The notes below the pieces were generated by a model. That model worked only from the letters and a program-made list of their open reading frames with translations. It made no database searches and had not been told where the DNA came from. This document shows, piece by piece, positions 54,167 through 63,007 of a DNA stretch of 64,000 bases. The position numbers were made by a program, and so were the translations under genes. The stretch is taken from the NCBI GenBank assembly GCA_963757525.1, contig CAVWRM010000001.1, positions 3,224,884 to 3,288,883 on the forward strand, written 5' to 3'. This stretch comes from an uncultured Gemmatimonadales bacterium (GTDB lineage: Bacteria; Gemmatimonadota; Gemmatimonadetes; Gemmatimonadales; GWC2-71-9). Within the stretch, counting starts at the first letter, position 1. The number at the start of each line of letters is the position of its first letter.

Positions 54167-56602
54167 GTGAGCGACCTCCTTCCCGAGCTCCAACGCCTCC
54201 TCAAGGACCGATACGCGGTCGAGCGCGAGGTGGGCCGAGGCGGCATGGCGCAGGTATTTCTCGCGCGGGACAAGAAATACGGGAGACGGGTCGCCATCAA
54301 GATCATGGACCCGGACATCTCCAGCGCCGTCGGGCCCGAGCGCTTTCTCCGCGAAGTCCAGATCACCGCCCAGCTCCAGCACACCAACATCGTCCCTCTC
54401 CTCGACTCGGGCGAAGCCGAAGGCCTCCTGTACGCCGTGATGCCGTACATCGAAGGCGAGTCGCTCCGCGACCGGATGATGTGCTGCGGCAGGGTGTCCG
54501 TCGCCGAGGCCGCCTCGATCGCCTGCGAGGTAGCCGACGCCCTCGAGTACGCCCATCGCCACGGGGTGGTGCACCGCGACGTCAAGCCCGAGAACATCCT
54601 GCTCTCGAATGGTCACGCCGTCGTGGCGGACTTCGGCGTCGCCCGCGCCGTGGAGCTGTCGGGCGGAGCGACGCTGACCGGCATCGGGCTGCCCATCGGC
54701 ACGGTGGCCTACATGAGCCCGGAACAGGCGACGTCCGCAGCGGGCGTCGATGGCCGCAGCGACATCTACAGCCTCGGATGCGTACTCTACGAGATGCTGG
54801 CGGGGCGGATGGCCTTCAGCGGTCCGACCCTCAAGAGCGTGCTCACCCAGCAGCTCACCAGCGACCCGCCGCTGGAGCATCTGGAGGCCGCCGAGGTGCC
54901 GCCCGGTCTCATCACGACGGTGCGCCGAAGCATGGAGAAGGCGCCGGAGGATCGCTTCCAGACCGCCGGCGCCCTTGCTGAGGCGTTACGCGAGACGCTC
55001 GGCGCCCTTCCGCGACTCTCGACCCCGGTCCCGGCAGTAACTCCGGAGTCGGTCCGATCCGGCGAGCCCGAGCGGGGATCAGCCGGGCGCTGGTTGATCC
55101 CCGCCGCGCTGCTCGCCGCGATCGCGCTCGTCTTCCTCGTATGGCATCCCTTCGAGTCCCATCGCCCGACCGTCCCCAAGCCGCCCACGGCGAGCCGCTA
55201 CGCGGCCTCGGTGGCGGTGCTCCCCTTCGACAACCTGAGCGGTGACTCCTCCAACGAGTACTTCAGCGAGGGCATCACCGAAGAGATCATCGGCCAGCTC
55301 GCGCAGGTCGAGGGTCTCAAGGTGATCTCGCGAACCTCGGTCATGGCTCTCAAGGGCAGTTCGCTCACGCTGCCGCAGATCGGCGAGACCCTGGGCGTCC
55401 AGCACGTGGTCGAGGGGGCGGTCCGAAGACAGGGAAACCGGGTCCGGGTGTCGGCCGAGCTGATCGAGGCCAGGTCCGAGGAGCACCTCTGGGCCGGCAT
55501 CTTCGAGGGCGACCTGTCCGACCGGTTCCGGGTGCAGGAGGAGATCGCCCGCAAGGTGACGGAAAAGCTGGCCAGCGGGCTGACCGGCATGCGAACGATG
55601 GCCGAGGGCGCGATGGCCACGCAAAGCGCGGCGTTCGACGCGGTATTGCGCGGCCGGTACATCATGAATCGCCGGGATCCCCAGGCGCTCGAGTCGGCGA
55701 TCGGGCTGTTCAACGAAGCGGTGAAGCTCGACAGCGCCTACGCTATGGGATACGCCGGGATGAGCTCGGCATACTCGACGTGGGTGTTCTACGGCTACCG
55801 AGGGAATTTCAGCCAGTATCAGGCGGCCGCCCGGGCGAAATCGCTGGCGCTTCGTGCCGTGGCGCTCGATTCCGGCCTCGCGGAGGCGCATCACGCCCTG
55901 GCCGACGCCCTGGTGGTGAACGAGGCTCCGCTGGACTCCGCGCTCGCGGAGCTGCGGCGGGCGCTCCAGCTCAAGCCGAACGACGCAGCGATCCGGATGT
56001 CGGCCGCGTTCTCGCTCGCGGCGAGTCACCGATACAACGGCGCGATCCGCCAGGCCCAGGCCGCGGTCGGGTTGGACCCGCTCGCCACCGGGCTGCGCCA
56101 CGGTCTCATCGTGCTGGCCCTCGGGGGGCGGGAATACAACACCGCCCTCGAGGAGGCCCGGCGAGTGCAGGCGCTGGCGCCGGCCGATCCGGTGACGGCC
56201 GTGCTCCAGAGCTACGCGCTGCTCTTGAGCGGCAACGCGAGCGGCTGCCTGGCGCTGGACCTGGGCCCCTGGCTCGCGGCCCGGTCCATGTGTCTGTACC
56301 GCGCCGGACGCCGCGAGGAGGCGCGCGAGCTCATCGACTCGCTCGAGCAGCAGCTTCGTGCCGGCAAGTTCACCAATGCCCACCAGTATTCGGATCTCGC
56401 CGCCTACTTCGCCTGGACCGGTGACGTGGACCGCTCCCTCGAATGGTTCGAGCGCTCGGTGCGGGTGACACCGGTGATCGCCTACTGGCAGATCGACTCG
56501 GGACTCTTCGACCGCATCAGGCAGGACCCGAAGTTCATCCAGGGACTGGCGCGAATCTCCGAGGACGCCCGCACCCGCGCCGCGGCCGCCAGCCCCCGAT
56601 GA
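54167..56602 (+). CDS. Ser/Thr protein kinase with TM, periplasmic TolB-N-like module and TPR repeats
   Basis: 'VGRGGMAQVFLA', 'VAIKIM', 'HRDVKPENILL', 'DFGVARA', 'YMSPEQ'. TM 'WLIPAALLAAIALVFLVW'. 'VAVLPFDNLSGDSSNEYFSEGITEEII'. TPR-like tail. Confidence 0.88.
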   Translation: MSDLLPELQRLLKDRYAVEREVGRGGMAQVFLARDKKYGRRVAIKIMDPDISSAVGPERFLREVQITAQLQHTNIVPLLDSGEAEGLLYAVMPYIEGESLRDRMMCCGRVSVAEAASIACEVADALEYAHRHGVVHRDVKPENILLSNGHAVVADFGVARAVELSGGATLTGIGLPIGTVAYMSPEQATSAAGVDGRSDIYSLGCVLYEMLAGRMAFSGPTLKSVLTQQLTSDPPLEHLEAAEVPPGLITTVRRSMEKAPEDRFQTAGALAEALRETLGALPRLSTPVPAVTPESVRSGEPERGSAGRWLIPAALLAAIALVFLVWHPFESHRPTVPKPPTASRYAASVAVLPFDNLSGDSSNEYFSEGITEEIIGQLAQVEGLKVISRTSVMALKGSSLTLPQIGETLGVQHVVEGAVRRQGNRVRVSAELIEARSEEHLWAGIFEGDLSDRFRVQEEIARKVTEKLASGLTGMRTMAEGAMATQSAAFDAVLRGRYIMNRRDPQALESAIGLFNEAVKLDSAYAMGYAGMSSAYSTWVFYGYRGNFSQYQAAARAKSLALRAVALDSGLAEAHHALADALVVNEAPLDSALAELRRALQLKPNDAAIRMSAAFSLAASHRYNGAIRQAQAAVGLDPLATGLRHGLIVLALGGREYNTALEEARRVQALAPADPVTAVLQSYALLLSGNASGCLALDLGPWLAARSMCLYRAGRREEARELIDSLEQQLRAGKFTNAHQYSDLAAYFAWTGDVDRSLEWFERSVRVTPVIAYWQIDSGLFDRIRQDPKFIQGLARISEDARTRAAAASPR

Positions 56603-59600
56603 CCGGCCCGCCCGATCGCCAGCTCAAGTGGGATGTTCCCACTCCGGAGCGTCTTCGGGATCTGGCCTCGGGTCCGCTCCCGCTTCGCCTCCCGTCCACT
56701 CCCGTCACGCGCGCTCTGTACCGCGACATCTACTTCGACACGGCCGATGGCGCGCTGTCGCGCCGGGGCGTGGTGTGCCGCTGGCGGATCGGGGCGGATG
56801 ATCGTCGCGCGCTCAAGGTGCGCTTCTCCGCAGGCGACGCCGTCGTCTCGGAGACACCGGAGACCGAAGCGTCCGCCGCTCTCGCGGGCGCGAGCGAGGC
56901 CGCCCGGCGACTCCGCGGCGTGGTGAACCAGGCCGACCTCCAGCCGCTGGTGGAGCTCGAGGTCGAGCGGCTGACCCGGGAGTCGAAATCGCCATGGCCG
57001 TGGCGCGGGCAGTTCACCTTCTTCTACGACGCGGTCTCGGTGCGTCGCGCCGGCATCGCCCGCACCTTCCAGGAAATGAAGGTCCGCCGCCTTCGTGGCG
57101 GCTCACCGACGCTCGAAGCTATCGGCGCCGCGATGCCCGAGGTCCGCCCCATTCTCGAGGGCAAGCTGGCTCGGGCCCAGCGGCTGTCGGCGGGACTCGA
57201 GCGGGAGGCGCTCGCCCGGTCGCTCGCCTCGGGCCGGACCACCGCGCTCCTCGTGCTCGACCGTGGCCGGGTAGCGCTCCGGCGCGGGGAGGGCCGGCAC
57301 CGACTCCCGGTCGGCGCGGGGCAGGGGGAGGCGGCATGCCGGCATCTGCTGCAGCAGACGCTCGGCAGCTCCGTGGGCGACCTCGCGTTCCTCGGCACCG
57401 TGGCCGGGATCGGCGCGGTCCACCTGCTCGACGTCTGGCTCGCGCGCCGGGTGCGCACCGATCAGGAGGCCTCGGCCGACATCGACTGGCTCCCGCTGGA
57501 CGACGTGATCGCCACCGCCGGCGGGCCGGGCCTCGGCGATCCCGAGACACTTACGGCGATCGCCTTCGCGCTGCGCTCGGGTGTCAGTCCCGAGCCAGCG
57601 ACGACGGCGCCGGTGATCCAACCAGCTCCAGCCTCCGGTGGGCCGGTCGCCGTCGACGATTCCGAGGCGACCCCGCTCCTCGATCCCGACATCAGTGTCG
57701 TCGAGTTCAACGCCCGGGTGCTCGCGCTCGCGGAAGACGCCCGGATACCGATCGTCGAACGCCTCGGCTTTCTGTCGATCGTGAGCTCGAATGTCGACGA
57801 GTTCTTCATGGTGAACGTCGGCGCCTTGAAGCAGGAAGCGCAGGACGGCCGGCTCGACGCGGTGGGCCTCCGGCTCCGCGGGCTCCTGGAGCGGCAGACG
57901 CGCACGGCGGAGACCTGTCTCGAGAAGCTCCGCTCTTACGGCGTGACGATTCGTTCATGGGACGGCCTGAGCGACATGGCCCGCGCGCGGATGATCGAGC
58001 GCTTCCAGCGCGAGATCTATCCTCTCGTCACGCCCCGGGCGATCACGATGAGCCCGGGATTTCCCGTTCCGCTCCTGCCCCATCTCACGCTCTGCATGGC
58101 GGTGTCCCTGATGGACGCGGACGAGGGGTCGACCCACTTCGCCTATCTGAGGATGCCCGAGCGCCTGCCGCGCTTTCTCCCCACCGGCGAAGGCGGCGAG
58201 GTCATCCCCATCGAGGAGGTGGTGCGCGCCAACGTCGCGGCGTTCTACCCCGGCCGCACCATCGACGGCGCCTTCCTCTTCCGGCTCACCCGCGCGGCGG
58301 AGATCGAACTCGACGATCGCGAGGCGGGCGACCTGCTGCAAGCCGTGCGCGAGGCCGTGGGGGGCCGGGCGTCGAACGCGGTGGTCCGGCTCGAGGTGGA
58401 GCGGCCGATGCCGCGAGTGATCCGCGACCGGATCCGCTGGGAGCTCCGGTTCGAGCGCGACGCCGAGGGCACCGGCGTTTCCGACGCCGACGTGTACGAG
58501 GTGGGCGGCCTGCTCGATCTGCGGGCCTTGCGCGAGCTCGGCGCGGCCGCAGTTCCCGCGGGCGGCGGCCGGTTTCCTGCCCTGGCCGCGCGGGATCCTT
58601 TCGCGCAGGACACGGACCTCTGGACCCGTCTCGATGCCGGCGACGTGCTCCTGTTTCATCCGTACGAGGACTACTCGGCGAGCATCGTGCGGTTCTTCTC
58701 CGAGGCGGCCGAGGATCCGCAGGTCGCCTCGATCCGACTCACGCTCTACCGTGTGGGCGAGCAGTCGCCGATCGTGGATGCGCTGCTTCGAGCCCGCGCG
58801 GCGGGCAAGGAAGTGATCCTGTTCGTCGAGCTGAAGGCGCGGTTCGACGAGGCGCGGAACGTGGCCTGGGTGCAGCGCCTCGAGGACGCGGGCGCCACGG
58901 TCGTGTACGGCGTAGTGGGACTCAAGAATCACGCGAAGGTCGGGCTCGTGCTGCGGCGCACCGGCACGGCCGGCGAGCTCCGGCGCTACGTGCACATCGC
59001 CACGGGCAACTACAACGTCGCGACCGCGCGCCAGTACACCGACCTCGGCCTCCTCTCCGCCGACCAGCGACTGGGCAATGACGTGCACGAGCTCTTCAAC
59101 GAGCTGACCGGGTCGAGCCAGCCCCCGGGGGGGAGGCACGATCGGATCGTCGTCGCCCCGACGCATCTCCTGCCGCACGTGCTGGCGGCGATCGAGAACG
59201 AGATCGGCCACGCCCGCGCGGGCCGCGAGGCGAGAATCCGGGCCAAGCTCAACGGGCTTGCTGATACCGAGGTGATCCGCGCACTCTATCGCGCCTCCGA
59301 GGCGGGCGTGGACATCCAGCTGGTGGTGCGCGGACTCTGCACGCTCAGGCCCGGACTTCCGGGCATCTCCAGCCGCATCCGGGTGGTAAGCCTCCTCGGC
59401 CGCCTCCTCGAGCACGGCCGGATCTACCACTTCGCCAACGGCGGCGACGATCGCTATTACATCGGCTCGGCCGACTGGCGTCCCCGCAACCTCCGCCGCC
59501 GGGTCGAGGTGATCGTCTCGATTACGGACCCCGACCACCGCGCCCGGCTGAACAACATTCTCGAGGTGGAGCTCGCCGACCCCAACGCCTGGGAGCTTCA

Positions 59601-59700
59601 GCCGGACGGCCGGTACCGTCAGCGGGAGGGCGCCGGCACCGAGCCGGGAAGCCAGGAACGGTTCGCTTCAGAAAGCACTTCCGATCCACAAGCGAAGTGA
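56599..59700 (+). CDS. ppk1: Polyphosphate kinase 1 with a ~360-aa N-terminal extension (CYTH/TTM-like domain + degenerate Nudix-like domain)
   Basis: PPK1 'VEFNARVLALAED..IPIVERLGFLSIVSSNVDEFFMV', 'GLKNHAKVGLV', 'ATGNYN', 'GSADWRPRNL'. Extension 'YRDIYFDTADGALSRRGVVCRWRI'. ATGA overlap with the kinase stop. Confidence 0.88.
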   Translation: MTGPPDRQLKWDVPTPERLRDLASGPLPLRLPSTPVTRALYRDIYFDTADGALSRRGVVCRWRIGADDRRALKVRFSAGDAVVSETPETEASAALAGASEAARRLRGVVNQADLQPLVELEVERLTRESKSPWPWRGQFTFFYDAVSVRRAGIARTFQEMKVRRLRGGSPTLEAIGAAMPEVRPILEGKLARAQRLSAGLEREALARSLASGRTTALLVLDRGRVALRRGEGRHRLPVGAGQGEAACRHLLQQTLGSSVGDLAFLGTVAGIGAVHLLDVWLARRVRTDQEASADIDWLPLDDVIATAGGPGLGDPETLTAIAFALRSGVSPEPATTAPVIQPAPASGGPVAVDDSEATPLLDPDISVVEFNARVLALAEDARIPIVERLGFLSIVSSNVDEFFMVNVGALKQEAQDGRLDAVGLRLRGLLERQTRTAETCLEKLRSYGVTIRSWDGLSDMARARMIERFQREIYPLVTPRAITMSPGFPVPLLPHLTLCMAVSLMDADEGSTHFAYLRMPERLPRFLPTGEGGEVIPIEEVVRANVAAFYPGRTIDGAFLFRLTRAAEIELDDREAGDLLQAVREAVGGRASNAVVRLEVERPMPRVIRDRIRWELRFERDAEGTGVSDADVYEVGGLLDLRALRELGAAAVPAGGGRFPALAARDPFAQDTDLWTRLDAGDVLLFHPYEDYSASIVRFFSEAAEDPQVASIRLTLYRVGEQSPIVDALLRARAAGKEVILFVELKARFDEARNVAWVQRLEDAGATVVYGVVGLKNHAKVGLVLRRTGTAGELRRYVHIATGNYNVATARQYTDLGLLSADQRLGNDVHELFNELTGSSQPPGGRHDRIVVAPTHLLPHVLAAIENEIGHARAGREARIRAKLNGLADTEVIRALYRASEAGVDIQLVVRGLCTLRPGLPGISSRIRVVSLLGRLLEHGRIYHFANGGDDRYYIGSADWRPRNLRRRVEVIVSITDPDHRARLNNILEVELADPNAWELQPDGRYRQREGAGTEPGSQERFASESTSDPQAK

Positions 59701-59784
59701 TAGAAGGGCTTGAATTTAGGAGCTAACGCGGCATCTTTCGCCGAAGTCCGGCCGCAATGGAGCGTCCGGTTTGCCAAGCCGCGT

Positions 59785-61062
59785 ATGATCAGAGTCACAG
59801 GAGTCGAGGCGGGGTCGATCGCGGAGGAGCTGGGGCTCCGGGCGGGAGCGGAGCTGCTCTCGGTCGACGGGCGCGAGCTGGAGGACTTTCTCGACTGGGA
59901 GTTCGCCACCGCCGAGGAGGCCTTCCTGCTGCACGTGCGGATGCCGGGAGGTGAGGAGATCGAGTTCGACATCGAGCGGCCGCTGGGCGAGCCGATGGGC
60001 GTGGCGCTCGAGCCCGTGCGCATCCGACGCTGCGCCAACCGCTGCGACTTCTGCTTCGTGGACGGCCTGCCCGACGGGCTACGCGACGTGCTGTACATCC
60101 GCGACGACGACTACCGGCTCTCCTTCCGCTACGGCAACTTCGCCACGCTCACCAATCTCAAGCCCCGCGACATCCGCCGCATCAAGGAATACCGGCTTTC
60201 GCCGCTCTACGTCTCCGTGCACGCCACCGATACCACGGTTCGACGGTACCTGCTCCGGAATCCATCGGCGCCGGATCTCATTCCCCAGCTTCGCGAATTC
60301 GCCGACGCCGGCATCGAGTTTCACACCCAGGTCGTGATGTCCCCCGGCGTGAACGACGGTGCGGTGCTGCGCCAGACGCTCGCCGAGCTGTTCGCCTTCG
60401 GACCCGCGATCCTCGGGTGCTCCGTGGTGCCGGTGGGACTCACCGAGCACAGCAAGCATCACCTCGTGCGCGAGCCGACGGCTGGCGAATGCCGGGCCGC
60501 CATCGCGCTGATCGACGCCCAGGCGGCGGTCGCGCGGCGGGAGCGGGGCCTCACCTGGGCGTTCGGCGCGGACGAGCTGTATCTGCGCGCCGGCGTCGAG
60601 CTGCCACCGGCGGAGATCTACGACGGGTTCGATCAGGTCGAGAACGGCGTCGGCGCGGTGCGGTGGCTGCAGCGGCGGATCGCGGACCAGCGTGGCGAGC
60701 TCGAGCGGCTGGCGGGGCGACGAGTCGGCGTCGTGACGGGCACGGCGATGGCGCCGCTCATGCCGATGGTGCTGGAGCCGCTCGCGGCCGTGACCGGCGC
60801 GCGCTTCGAGCTCATTCCGGTGGAGAACTCGCTGTTCGGTGCGTCAGTGACGACCGCCGGATTGCTGCCCGGCGCCGCCGTGCGGGAGGCGCTCGTGGCC
60901 CGGGACGATCTCGATCTGGCGCTCCTGCCCGGCGAGTGTCTCAACGACGACGGGCTCTTCATCGACAGCATGAGCTTCGACGCGCTCGCCGGCGCACTTT
61001 CGTTCGAGGTCCGCGCATCGAAGGACTTCGTCGACGCCCTCTCCGCGCCGGCGGCCGCGTGA
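59785..61062 (+). CDS. PDZ + DUF512 (radical-SAM-like) protein
   Basis: PDZ 'VEAGSIAEELGLRAGAELLSVDG'. 'CANRCDFCFVDGLP...LYIRDDDYRLSFRYGNFATLTNL'. Located upstream of der. TTG 59710 is an alternative start. Confidence 0.75.
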   Translation: MIRVTGVEAGSIAEELGLRAGAELLSVDGRELEDFLDWEFATAEEAFLLHVRMPGGEEIEFDIERPLGEPMGVALEPVRIRRCANRCDFCFVDGLPDGLRDVLYIRDDDYRLSFRYGNFATLTNLKPRDIRRIKEYRLSPLYVSVHATDTTVRRYLLRNPSAPDLIPQLREFADAGIEFHTQVVMSPGVNDGAVLRQTLAELFAFGPAILGCSVVPVGLTEHSKHHLVREPTAGECRAAIALIDAQAAVARRERGLTWAFGADELYLRAGVELPPAEIYDGFDQVENGVGAVRWLQRRIADQRGELERLAGRRVGVVTGTAMAPLMPMVLEPLAAVTGARFELIPVENSLFGASVTTAGLLPGAAVREALVARDDLDLALLPGECLNDDGLFIDSMSFDALAGALSFEVRASKDFVDALSAPAAA

Positions 61063-62381
61063 GCAAGCCGACCGTCGCAATCGTCGGCCGCCCCAACACC
61101 GGCAAGTCCACCCTCTTCAACCGGATTCTCGGCGGGCGCCGGGCCATCGTATCGGACCGTCCGGGCACCACCCGCGACCGCCACTTCGGCGAGGCGGAGT
61201 GGAATGGACGCCACTTCTGGGTGGTGGACACCGGCGGCCTCGTGCCGGAGTCGCACGACTCGATGGATCGCGCGATCCGCCAGCAGGTCGAGTTCGCCAT
61301 CGCCGAGGCGGACTTGATCCTCTTCGTAGTGGACGGCGACGAAGGCGTCAATCCGGTGGACCGGGCCATCGCCGACCGTTTGCGCCAGGCGCAGCGCCCC
61401 GTCGTCCTGGCGGTCAACAAGCTCGACGATCTCGAGCGGAGCACCGCCCAGTACGACTTCTACCAGCTCGGATTCGGCGACCCGTACGGCGTGAGCGCGG
61501 CAGTGGGGAAGGGCAGTGGCGACCTGCTGGACGTGATGGTGGATCGGCTGCCTCCCGCGGGAGAGGGAGATACCGAGGATGCGATCAACGTCGCGGTGGT
61601 GGGTCGGCCAAACGCCGGAAAGTCCTCGCTCGTGAATCGGCTGCTGGGGGAGGAGCGCCACGTGGTGGCGCCCGAGGCCGGGACGACGCGCGATGCGGTC
61701 GACTCACCATTGCGCTACAGTGGGAAGCTCCTCAAGTTCATTGATACCGCAGGGTTACGACGGCGCGCTAAAGTAGAAGATGACCTCGAATTCTACTCCA
61801 CCTTACGGACCGAGCGGGCCATCGAGCGCGCCACCGTGTGCGTGCTCGTGGTGGATGCGGTCATCGGCCTCCACAACCAGGACCTCCGCATCGCCACGGA
61901 GGCGTGGGACCAGGGGTGCGGGCTGATCATCGTAGTGAACAAGTGGGACCTGATCGAAGAGAAGGATGCCAACACCGCGCACCGCGGCCAGGAGGAGCTG
62001 ATCGCGCGCGCGCCCTTCCTGCGCTACGTCCCCTTCGTGTATGCCTCCGCCATCACGGGCCAGCGGGTACGGAAGATTCTCGATCTCGTTCTGGAGGTGG
62101 CCGACGGCCGGGGACAACGCATTCCCACCGCGGAAGTGAACAAGGTGCTCACCGACCTGCTGGAGCGCACCGCGCCTCCCCAGAAGCCGGGTGAGGAGGT
62201 CAAGCTCCTCTACGCGTCGCAGATCGGCACCGCGCCCCCGACGTTCGCGATCGTGAGCAACCGACCGGACGACGTGCCCGAGTCGTACCAGCGCTATCTG
62301 GCGCACGGGTTCCGCTCGGTGTGGCCCTTCACCGGCTCACCGCTGCGGCTGCGTTTCACGCGCCGGGGGTCGCGCCGGTGA
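61059..62381 (+). CDS. der: Ribosome-associated GTPase Der (EngA)
   Basis: Two G domains ('GRPNTGKSTLFN', '[12 protein letters not shown]'; 'DTGG', 'DTAG'; 'NKLD', 'NKWD') plus a KH-like C-terminus. GTGA overlap with the upstream gene. Confidence 0.92.
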   Translation: MSKPTVAIVGRPNTGKSTLFNRILGGRRAIVSDRPGTTRDRHFGEAEWNGRHFWVVDTGGLVPESHDSMDRAIRQQVEFAIAEADLILFVVDGDEGVNPVDRAIADRLRQAQRPVVLAVNKLDDLERSTAQYDFYQLGFGDPYGVSAAVGKGSGDLLDVMVDRLPPAGEGDTEDAINVAVVGRPNAGKSSLVNRLLGEERHVVAPEAGTTRDAVDSPLRYSGKLLKFIDTAGLRRRAKVEDDLEFYSTLRTERAIERATVCVLVVDAVIGLHNQDLRIATEAWDQGCGLIIVVNKWDLIEEKDANTAHRGQEELIARAPFLRYVPFVYASAITGQRVRKILDLVLEVADGRGQRIPTAEVNKVLTDLLERTAPPQKPGEEVKLLYASQIGTAPPTFAIVSNRPDDVPESYQRYLAHGFRSVWPFTGSPLRLRFTRRGSRR

Positions 62382-63007
62382 GCGGCTCGATGATCCCCTG
62401 GCTGCTCGCCTCCTACCTGCTTGGCGCCGTGCCCACGAGCTTCATCACGGCGCGCCTGTTCCGCGGCATCGATCTGCGCCAGCACGGCAGCAAGAATCTC
62501 GGCGCCACCAACCTGTACCGCGTCCTGGGGTGGAAGTTCGCGATTCCCGTCGCGCTGTTCGACGCGGCCAAGGGACTCGTGCCCGTGCTCGTCTTCGCGC
62601 CGAGGGCATCCGCTTCGCAGTTGTTCGGGCTCGTCTGCGGCATGATGGCGGTGCTGGGCCACGTTTATTCGGTGTTCGTGCGCTTCCGGGGCGGAAAGGG
62701 CGTCGCGACGGCGGCCGGCGTGATGCTCGCGATGGCGCCGCTGGCGCTCGGCATCTCGTTCGCGGTGTGGGTCGTCGTGGTGGCGCTGAGCGGCTACGTC
62801 TCGCTCGGCAGCATCATCTCCGCGGCCCTGTTCCCCGTGGCGGTGCAACTGCTCGATCCGCCCGATCAGCCGGCCATCCTCTGGCTCGACGTGGCCGTGG
62901 CGCTCGCGATCGTCTGGCTCCATCGCGCCAATATCGGACGGCTGCTGAAAGGCACCGAGAACCGCTTCGGCCGCCGGGCCGCGCCGACGCCACGAGGGCA
63001 GCCGTGA
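62378..63007 (+). CDS. plsY: Glycerol-3-phosphate acyltransferase PlsY
   Basis: 'SYLLGAVPTSFI', 'HGSKNLGATN', 'GHVYSVFVRFRGGKGVATAAG', 'HRANIGRLLKGTE'. GTGA overlap with der. ATG 62390 is an alternative start. Confidence 0.88.
   Translation: MSGSMIPWLLASYLLGAVPTSFITARLFRGIDLRQHGSKNLGATNLYRVLGWKFAIPVALFDAAKGLVPVLVFAPRASASQLFGLVCGMMAVLGHVYSVFVRFRGGKGVATAAGVMLAMAPLALGISFAVWVVVVALSGYVSLGSIISAALFPVAVQLLDPPDQPAILWLDVAVALAIVWLHRANIGRLLKGTENRFGRRAAPTPRGQP

Noticed and set aside
53069-59538. Minus-strand ORFs 53069..54880, 55079..56383 and 57955..59538
   Set aside because: They are shadow ORFs opposite the DUF4956, kinase and PPK1 genes. They show no recognisable domains and the wrong GC3 phase.
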